Below, one piece after another: positions 57,287 to 64,000 of a stretch of DNA of 64,000 nucleotides. The stretch is from Candidatus Dojkabacteria bacterium (GTDB lineage: Bacteria; Patescibacteriota; Dojkabacteria; J137), in assembly GCA_025999215.1 (NCBI GenBank), contig AP024679.1:569924-633923 (forward strand), read 5' to 3'. Numbering within the stretch: the stretch's first letter is position 1; the number at the start of each line of letters is the position of its first letter. The position numbers were made by a program, and so were the translations under genes. Under the pieces are notes generated by a model, which saw only the letters and a program-made list of their open reading frames with translations, had not been told where the DNA came from and did no database searches.

Positions 57287-60200
57287 ATGACAAGTTTTGA
57301 AAAAATTTACAATAAACTAAACAAAGAACAAAAAGATGCTGTTGATACATTGCAAGGACCAGTTCTAGTTATTGCCGGGCCAGGAACAGGAAAAACTCAA
57401 ATGCTGGCAGTCAGAATTGCAAATATTTTAAAGAAAACTGATTCACTTCCAGAAAACATTTTATGTCTTACCTTTACTGAATCAGGAGTTAGAGCTATGA
57501 GGGACCGTTTAATTGATTTTATTGGTAAATCAGCGTACAGAGTATCAATTCATACTTTTCACAGCTTTTGTAATGAAATTATACAAAAACATCCAGAATA
57601 TTTTGATATCGCAAATGCCATTCAAATTGATGATTTAAATCGTTACAAAATATTTGAAGATATAATAGAGGAAATTAAAAATGAAAATATAAATTCAAAA
57701 ATTTATAAATACGCCAGAAATAATCTTGGAGTACTTATTCGAGAAATACAAAATTTGAAAAAAGAAGGTTTAGGACCTGAAGAGTTAAAAACTAAAATTA
57801 ACGACTTAGTAATTGAGCTTAAAGCAAGTGATTCTTTTCAAAAAGGAACTCAGAAGTCAAAAAAAGAACTTGAAAAATTAGAAAGAAGTTTAGAGCTAGC
57901 TGAAGTATATGCCAAATATCAAGAAATCCTAAAAGATAGAGGTCTTTATGATTATGAAGATATGATTAATTTTGTGATTGATGCTTTTGAAAGAAATGAA
58001 GACTTGCTTATGCAATATCAGGAGCAATATTTATACATAAATGTTGATGAATACCAAGATACAAATGGTTCTCAAAATAAACTTCTAGAACTTTTGGGTT
58101 CATACGATAGATCGCCAAATATTTTTGTGGTTGGTGACGATGATCAAGCAATTTATAGGTTTCAAGGCGCCAATGTCGAAAACATTTATAAATTTTTCAA
58201 ACATTTTGAAAATGTACAAACTTTTGTTACCGTGCAAAATTATAGATCTACACAAACAATTTTAAATGCAGCCGATAGTTTAATTTCAAATAATAAAAAA
58301 AGGTTAACAAATGAACTTACGCATATTTCAAAAAAATTAAAATCAAACACTAATTTTACAGAAAAACCTATAGATGTTATTGAATTTGATTCTGAGGAAT
58401 TAGAATACGTTTTTGTGGCAAAAGAGATTTTAAGGCTTAATCAGGAAGAAAAAACGCCTTTTTCTGAAATAGCAGTAATTTATAAAAAACATGAATATGC
58501 TAATGAGTTATCACGAATTTTAGATAAGTTTGAAATACCTGTAAGTGTCAAATCAACTTCTAATGTTTGGGATAATGAATATATTCAAAAGTTAATTAAA
58601 ATTCTAAAAGCATTAACACTTTTTGATGATTTTGAAGATCAATTTATATATGAAATTTTGGAGTTTGATTTTATTAATATAAATCCTGTTTTGGTTTACA
58701 AATTAGCAAATTTTATAAAAAAAGAAAAAATATCATTCTTAGAATTTTTTACCGATGAAAATTATCAAAAGACAATTGAAAGTTTAATCACTGAAGAGTT
58801 TTTGTCAGACTTACAAAAAGCTCGGAATGTAATATCAAGCCTCATTAAATTTAATGAAAAAAAATTTAATTTAAATTTTGTAAAACTAATTGAAGAAATA
58901 ATTAACGATTTTAAAATTGTGCAATTTTTGTATGAAAGAGCTGATTTAACATCCCTCAAAGCTCTATCTCGATTCATGGATTTAATATCATTAAACATTA
59001 AGCTCAATAAAGATTTTGATATTCAAACATTTTTAAGGGATCTTGAAATAATAGAAAATACTAGTCTTCAAAGCCCAAACATTGATTTTGAGGATAATAA
59101 TAACTCCGTTACACTAACTACAGCGCATAGTTCAAAGGGTTTGCAGTTTAAATACGTTTTTATAATTAGATCAACCGAACAAGGATGGATTCGTAAAAAA
59201 GCTGATTCTTCACTAATTCCGAAAGAAATTCTTCTTGATTTTGATAACTCAATTATTGACCCAGATAACAAAATTGAAGATGATAGAAGACTTTTCTATG
59301 TTGCCATGACAAGAGCGAAAGCACACATCTATATAACATATTCAACAACTTACAACGGAATTAATGGAATAGAAGAAAATATTCCCGTGAGATTTATTGA
59401 TGAAATAGATGAAAAGTTTCTAAATAAACAAAAAATGAAAAATTTTGAAGTAAAATCAGATGATTACTTAAAAATTCTTTCTCCAACAAAAATTAATTTT
59501 ACTGAACAACAAAAAGAATACATTAAGTCTAAAGTTGATAATTTAACAATAAGTAGCAGCGCCTTAAATCTCTTTATTTCTGATCCAATTGAGTATTTGA
59601 AGCAAGAAATTTTAGATTTTCCACAAGTTCCAAACAAACACCTTGCAATGGGTTCAGCTATTCATAAAGCGCTTGAGTTTTTTAACCTATCTGCCAAAAA
59701 AGGTAACTTAATCACCCTTGATGATTTTCTGAAAACTTTTGAGTTAACACTTTATAAAAATTTTTACGGTTTCAGTGATTACGAAGTAGTTTTGAATGAA
59801 GGCTTAAACAACTTAGAAATGTATTACAAAGAAGAACTGCAAAATGTGCCTTTTGAAGATATTGCAGGAGTTGAATACGATTTTAGCTCTCACAATGTTT
59901 ATCTAGATATCAAAAATCATAAACCTGTCAAATTAACAGGAAGGATTGATCTAATAATATTTACCAACAAAAACTCAAATGAAGTAAAAATTATTGATTA
60001 CAAAAATAGTAATCCTAAATCATTGAATGAAATTACTGGCCAAACAAAAAAACGTGATGAATCTGTTTTAAGACAGTTAGCCTTTTATAAACTTGCAACG
60101 GATATTGATAATTATTTTAGAGTTGAAAAGAACTTAAGCAAACCAAAATTTGAAGTTTTGACAACAGAAATTAGATATTTAAAACCAAACAAATATAGTA

Positions 60201-60355
60201 AAAGTAACAAATTTGTAAAAAGACAAGTTGAGATAGAACATTCATATGTTGTTAATTTAAAGAAAATTATAGAAGAAGTTGTTACAAGAATAAAAAATTT
60301 AGAATTTCAAGAAGAATATAAACCTATTAGTTTAGTTACTGGTGAGAGAATATGA
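57287..60355 (+). CDS. UvrD/PcrA-family helicase with C-terminal PD-(D/E)XK nuclease
   Basis: AGPGTGKT, VDEYQDTN, VGDDDQAIYRFQGA, HSSKGLQF, RRLFYVAMTRAK; GRIDLI...IIDYK. Confidence 0.93.
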   Translation: MTSFEKIYNKLNKEQKDAVDTLQGPVLVIAGPGTGKTQMLAVRIANILKKTDSLPENILCLTFTESGVRAMRDRLIDFIGKSAYRVSIHTFHSFCNEIIQKHPEYFDIANAIQIDDLNRYKIFEDIIEEIKNENINSKIYKYARNNLGVLIREIQNLKKEGLGPEELKTKINDLVIELKASDSFQKGTQKSKKELEKLERSLELAEVYAKYQEILKDRGLYDYEDMINFVIDAFERNEDLLMQYQEQYLYINVDEYQDTNGSQNKLLELLGSYDRSPNIFVVGDDDQAIYRFQGANVENIYKFFKHFENVQTFVTVQNYRSTQTILNAADSLISNNKKRLTNELTHISKKLKSNTNFTEKPIDVIEFDSEELEYVFVAKEILRLNQEEKTPFSEIAVIYKKHEYANELSRILDKFEIPVSVKSTSNVWDNEYIQKLIKILKALTLFDDFEDQFIYEILEFDFININPVLVYKLANFIKKEKISFLEFFTDENYQKTIESLITEEFLSDLQKARNVISSLIKFNEKKFNLNFVKLIEEIINDFKIVQFLYERADLTSLKALSRFMDLISLNIKLNKDFDIQTFLRDLEIIENTSLQSPNIDFEDNNNSVTLTTAHSSKGLQFKYVFIIRSTEQGWIRKKADSSLIPKEILLDFDNSIIDPDNKIEDDRRLFYVAMTRAKAHIYITYSTTYNGINGIEENIPVRFIDEIDEKFLNKQKMKNFEVKSDDYLKILSPTKINFTEQQKEYIKSKVDNLTISSSALNLFISDPIEYLKQEILDFPQVPNKHLAMGSAIHKALEFFNLSAKKGNLITLDDFLKTFELTLYKNFYGFSDYEVVLNEGLNNLEMYYKEELQNVPFEDIAGVEYDFSSHNVYLDIKNHKPVKLTGRIDLIIFTNKNSNEVKIIDYKNSNPKSLNEITGQTKKRDESVLRQLAFYKLATDIDNYFRVEKNLSKPKFEVLTTEIRYLKPNKYSKSNKFVKRQVEIEHSYVVNLKKIIEEVVTRIKNLEFQEEYKPISLVTGERI

Positions 60356-61201
60356 TACTGGATATGAAACTGGTTTGGGCTTGAAAGTAACTTCAAAGCT
60401 TACTTCAGTTTTGTTTCCTGCATTATCAATAGCTTCAATGTTAAATTCATTTTGACCTGGTCTCAAAGTAACTTTATGACTAAAAAAAAGCCCTTCACTC
60501 AAAAATACTGGTTTAGAATTAATTGTTAACTCAACTTCCTCATCAACCTTACCAAAGATTTCATAAACATCGTCATCTGTTAAAAAAGAATCATTTAACA
60601 CAAAAATGTTAGGTGGTATTGTATCAAGCTTAAAGTTTAAATTTATGTTCATCATGTTTAGAAACTTTGTCATTTTGACAAAGTTTTGATCATTAATAAC
60701 TTTTGCAGAAAGATTTTCAACTGTTAATGTTTCAAAATTAAAAACTTCTTGCTCTTTGATTGTAATATCTCCCAATTTAACGTCCGTTAGCGCAATCAAA
60801 ATTCCTGACATATCTATTATTACTCTAGAATTTGATGGTATCACGATATTATTAAGTTCATTATTGAAACTAAAATCTTTAAAAGTTTCAACATATAAAA
60901 AACCCCTACTAAACTGAGATAGTGAAATTCCATCCTTCTCAAGGCTAAAAACTACCTTACCACTTGGAATCAAAAAAATTGTTACGGCATCATTTTGAAT
61001 TTTGGCATTTTCAAATAATTCTATCTGAAGCGAGTTATTAACTGTATATTTTTTGTCTAGCTCATTATTTAATGAATTAAAAACACTTACTTCGTATAAA
61101 AAGTCATTATTTGAAAGAGAAATGCCAGCTGTCAAATAAAGAGCTAAGCTTACAGTTGAACAAAAAACAAAAATAGACGCATAGTAAATATAATTAAGCA
61201 T
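60332..61201 (-). CDS. Membrane-anchored protein with C-terminal Ig-like domain
   Basis: N-terminal TM; DTIPP...LRPGQNEFNIEAIDNAGN. Confidence 0.65.
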   Translation of the reverse strand: MLNYIYYASIFVFCSTVSLALYLTAGISLSNNDFLYEVSVFNSLNNELDKKYTVNNSLQIELFENAKIQNDAVTIFLIPSGKVVFSLEKDGISLSQFSRGFLYVETFKDFSFNNELNNIVIPSNSRVIIDMSGILIALTDVKLGDITIKEQEVFNFETLTVENLSAKVINDQNFVKMTKFLNMMNINLNFKLDTIPPNIFVLNDSFLTDDDVYEIFGKVDEEVELTINSKPVFLSEGLFFSHKVTLRPGQNEFNIEAIDNAGNKTEVSFEVTFKPKPVSYPVSYSLTSN

Positions 61202-61272
61202 AGTTGCAAAAATTTGACTAATTCAATATACTATAATCATTGAAATTAGAAAATACTTTTTAAATTACATTT

Positions 61273-61857
61273 ATGGCAAATCTTAACATAAATCCTAAAA
61301 AATTTATGCCTAACTTAATTCATGTTCTTAGTCCATATGTTGATAAAGAATCTGCAGTTGTTAATTCGATTGTTGAAATAAATTCAAAGTCAATAAACAA
61401 ATATGAACTGATCACCGAAACCGGTCATCTTAAATTAGATAGAGTTGGGTATTCATCCCTTTATTATCCATTTGTTTATGGTGCTATACCTATGACATTA
61501 GATGAAGATAATGATCCACTTGATATTATGATCGTGAATGTTACAGAACCTCTAGTGCCAGGTTCAGTTGCAGAAGCTAGAGTGATAGGTATTTTAAAAT
61601 TTAATGATGGTGGAGAAACTGATGACAAGATTATTGCAGTTTTAAATGATGATAAACGAGTTGATCATATCAACTCAATTGATGATTTAGGTGATCATTT
61701 CAAAAAAGAAACAGCTTATTATTGGGAGCATTATAAAGATTTGAAAAAACCAGGCACATGTAAAGTTGAAGGTTTTTTTGATGTTTCTGTAGCGATACAA
61801 ACTATAGATTCTTGCATCTCAAGATATGATGAAAAAATAAAACCTCAAGTTGAGTAA
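61273..61857 (+). CDS. ppa: Family I inorganic pyrophosphatase
   Basis: NKYE, LDR, YPFVYG, DEDNDPLD, DDKIIAV and YKDL. Confidence 0.95.
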   Translation: MANLNINPKKFMPNLIHVLSPYVDKESAVVNSIVEINSKSINKYELITETGHLKLDRVGYSSLYYPFVYGAIPMTLDEDNDPLDIMIVNVTEPLVPGSVAEARVIGILKFNDGGETDDKIIAVLNDDKRVDHINSIDDLGDHFKKETAYYWEHYKDLKKPGTCKVEGFFDVSVAIQTIDSCISRYDEKIKPQVE

Positions 61858-61861
61858 ATTT

Positions 61862-61890
61862 TTGACAATATTTTAAAAATGTAATAGAAT
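61862..61890 (+). promoter_or_regulatory. Sigma70-type promoter
   Basis: TTGACA-N17-TAGAAT upstream of ORF 61949. Confidence 0.7.
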
Positions 61891-61948
61891 CATTTAGGTT
61901 CTACCTAACATTCCTAGAAAAATTTATATGTTATAGGTAGAGCTCTTT

Positions 61949-62554
61949 ATGTCTTCCCAAAAAATTAAAAATTATAATAAAAAATATAAATCTTCTATTC
62001 ATGATTTAGAGAATGTTCATAACTTTGATACGAAAATTGATATTTTAAAGCAGTTCGTTAAATTTGATTTCATTGAAAAAGAAATAAATTACGACATTGG
62101 AGAACTTAGTATTTTTTTAAATAGTCAATGTCTTTTTAAATATTATTATTTATACAACTCTACAGCTTCTAATTTTAACTATTGTCTTAATAAAACTATT
62201 GATGAATTAGAAAAGTTATTGAAAAAAGAACAAATTCATCCTAGTTATACTTTTTTATATTTTAATATATCAAAAGAGTTTTTTGGTGATTTAACAACAA
62301 TCAAACTTGGATTTAAAATGCATGAAGTTTTCCAAGAGTTTAAAAAACAAAAAGGCAATATTAAAATTATTTTTACTCTAAATTTTGAGAATTCAGTTTC
62401 ACCTTTATTATTAAGCTTTTATGAAAGTTATAATTTGGATGTACATTCTGGTGATACAAACTATGCTTTTGAATTAATAAAATCATCTCACACATCAAAT
62501 AATTTGGAAACTTATAGAAAATCTGATACTATTTTACATGCAAACTTTGGTTGA
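61949..62554 (+). CDS. Hypothetical protein
   Basis: 201-aa ORF overlapping the next gene; no motif. Confidence 0.55.
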   Translation: MSSQKIKNYNKKYKSSIHDLENVHNFDTKIDILKQFVKFDFIEKEINYDIGELSIFLNSQCLFKYYYLYNSTASNFNYCLNKTIDELEKLLKKEQIHPSYTFLYFNISKEFFGDLTTIKLGFKMHEVFQEFKKQKGNIKIIFTLNFENSVSPLLLSFYESYNLDVHSGDTNYAFELIKSSHTSNNLETYRKSDTILHANFG

Positions 62555-63344
62555 TAATTTAGAAAATATATTAATTTTTCCCCTAGCTTTAATTTTAGTT
62601 TATGAAACTATTTTGTTTGTTTTTGGTATTTTATTAAAAAATAATTCAATTGCTGATGTTGGTTGGGGTTTAGGATTTGTGATTGTTGCTTGGTTTTCAT
62701 ATTTTACACAATCTCCTCAAACTAACTTAGATTTGCTAGTTAATGTTTTAGTATCAATTTGGGGAATAAGACTTTTTTTACATATTGCTTTAAGAAATTT
62801 TGGCAAGCCTGAAGATTTTCGATATCAAAATATGAGAGCAAATTGGAAAAAATTTTTTCTATTGAAGTCTTTCCTAATTGTTTTTTTCTTACAAGGTTTT
62901 TTGATGTACATAATAAGTTTACCTGTTATTTTTGTAAATGTATTTTCTGAAAACACAGAATTTAGTTACTTCACCTGGGCTGGTTACGCTATATTTTCTA
63001 CTGGTTTACTATTCGAAACTATTGCTGACTGGCAATTATCAAAATTTGTAAATTTGAAGAAAAAAGGATACTTAGAAAAGGATGCAATTATAACTAATGG
63101 CCTATGGAAGTATTCAAGACATCCAAATTATTTTGGTGAAGCTTTGCTTTGGTGGGGAATATATTTTATTGCAATTGAAATACCATTTGCCTGGCTTACT
63201 TTACTTGGTCCATTAACAATTAATATTTTGGTTCGATATGTCTCTGGAGTTCCACTGCTTGAGAGAAAATACATGAAAAACCCAAATTTTAGAGAATATG
63301 CAAATAAAACAAGTGTTTTTATACCATTACCTCCAAAAAAATAA
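62538..63344 (+). CDS. DUF1295 (steroid 5-alpha-reductase-like) membrane protein
   Basis: SIADVGWG, EDFRY, ETIADWQL and GLWKYSRHPNYFGE. Confidence 0.92.
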   Translation: MQTLVDNLENILIFPLALILVYETILFVFGILLKNNSIADVGWGLGFVIVAWFSYFTQSPQTNLDLLVNVLVSIWGIRLFLHIALRNFGKPEDFRYQNMRANWKKFFLLKSFLIVFFLQGFLMYIISLPVIFVNVFSENTEFSYFTWAGYAIFSTGLLFETIADWQLSKFVNLKKKGYLEKDAIITNGLWKYSRHPNYFGEALLWWGIYFIAIEIPFAWLTLLGPLTINILVRYVSGVPLLERKYMKNPNFREYANKTSVFIPLPPKK

Positions 63345-63398
63345 ATCTTTTTCTGTAAAATTAACTGTGCTAAAATCACTTTGTTTAAGAATTTTAAA

Positions 63399-64000
63399 AT
63401 GAAGTTATCTCTAGGAATTGTTGGGCTTCCGAATGTTGGTAAATCTACCTTATTTAATGCTTTAACGAAACAAAGTATACCAGCAGAAAATTATCCATTT
63501 TGCACAATTGACCCAAATGTTGGAATTGTACCAGTACACGATGAAAGATTATATCAAATAGCGCAAATTGCAAAACCTCAAGAAATTATTCCAGCGGTTG
63601 TTGAATTTGTTGATATAGCTGGACTAGTTCGAGGAGCTAGCAAAGGTGAAGGCCTAGGTAACCAATTTTTAGCTAATATTCGTGAAGTTGCTGGTATTAT
63701 TCATGTAGTTAGAGCTTTTGAAGATACCAACATTTCGCATGTTGAAAATTCTGTAGATCCAATTAGAGATATTGAACTTATCCACACTGAATTGATACTT
63801 AAAGATCTTGAGACTATATCAAAAAAAATATCAGAACTTGAAAGTAAAAGCAGATCAGACAAAAAATACATAGAAATACTTAATTATTTTCAAAAATTAA
63901 ATGAACATTTAAATTCCTTTAATTTAGCAATTGACTATCCATTATCAGACAAAAATGAAATAAATGAAATTAGAAAAAATCTTTTTTTATTAACTGATAA
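63399..64000 (+). CDS. ychF: Obg-family ATPase YchF, 5' part (runs off the window)
   Basis: [28 protein letters not shown] and [25 protein letters not shown]. Confidence 0.96.
   Translation, partial: MKLSLGIVGLPNVGKSTLFNALTKQSIPAENYPFCTIDPNVGIVPVHDERLYQIAQIAKPQEIIPAVVEFVDIAGLVRGASKGEGLGNQFLANIREVAGIIHVVRAFEDTNISHVENSVDPIRDIELIHTELILKDLETISKKISELESKSRSDKKYIEILNYFQKLNEHLNSFNLAIDYPLSDKNEINEIRKNLFLLTD

Noticed and set aside
901-63379. Many 60-125 aa antisense or nested ORFs in the track (e.g. 901-1107, 5967-6299, 16825-17205, 20921-21256)
   Set aside because: Shadows of well-supported genes, with no motifs or start signals

Overview
Very AT-rich, densely coding chromosomal window from a reduced-genome bacterium. 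Gene content suggests Patescibacteria/CPR, possibly Dojkabacteria-like (inference from the chromosomal VirB4-like pair, short PheT, divergent SecDF and many membrane-anchored Cys-rich proteins). It holds housekeeping genes (glmS end, pth, xer-type recombinase, glyA, miaB, murG, folD, pheS/pheT, gatC, rnpA, UvrD-type helicase-nuclease, ppa, ychF start) and 8 scattered single tRNA genes. I saw no rRNA, CRISPR array, transposase or prophage. The best candidate for an undescribed system is 4411-8320: a LysW-like Zn-finger protein ending in EEEK, divergent from PLP enzyme / methyltransferase / ATP-grasp / NlpC-P60-like genes. Other leads are a shared post-TM DDSSA motif whose cleavage would expose the IYGG N-terminus of a trypsin-like protease, a duplicated ~130 bp promoter unit driving unrelated orphan ORFs (45204-47850), a CHASE2 adenylate cyclase-FecR/FN3 pair, G2:U71 tRNA-Lys acceptor stems and widespread leaderless extended -10 promoters. 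Several single-base frameshifts (glyA, folD, 50451-53011) are probably read or assembly errors. All family calls come from reading motifs, not from database searches.
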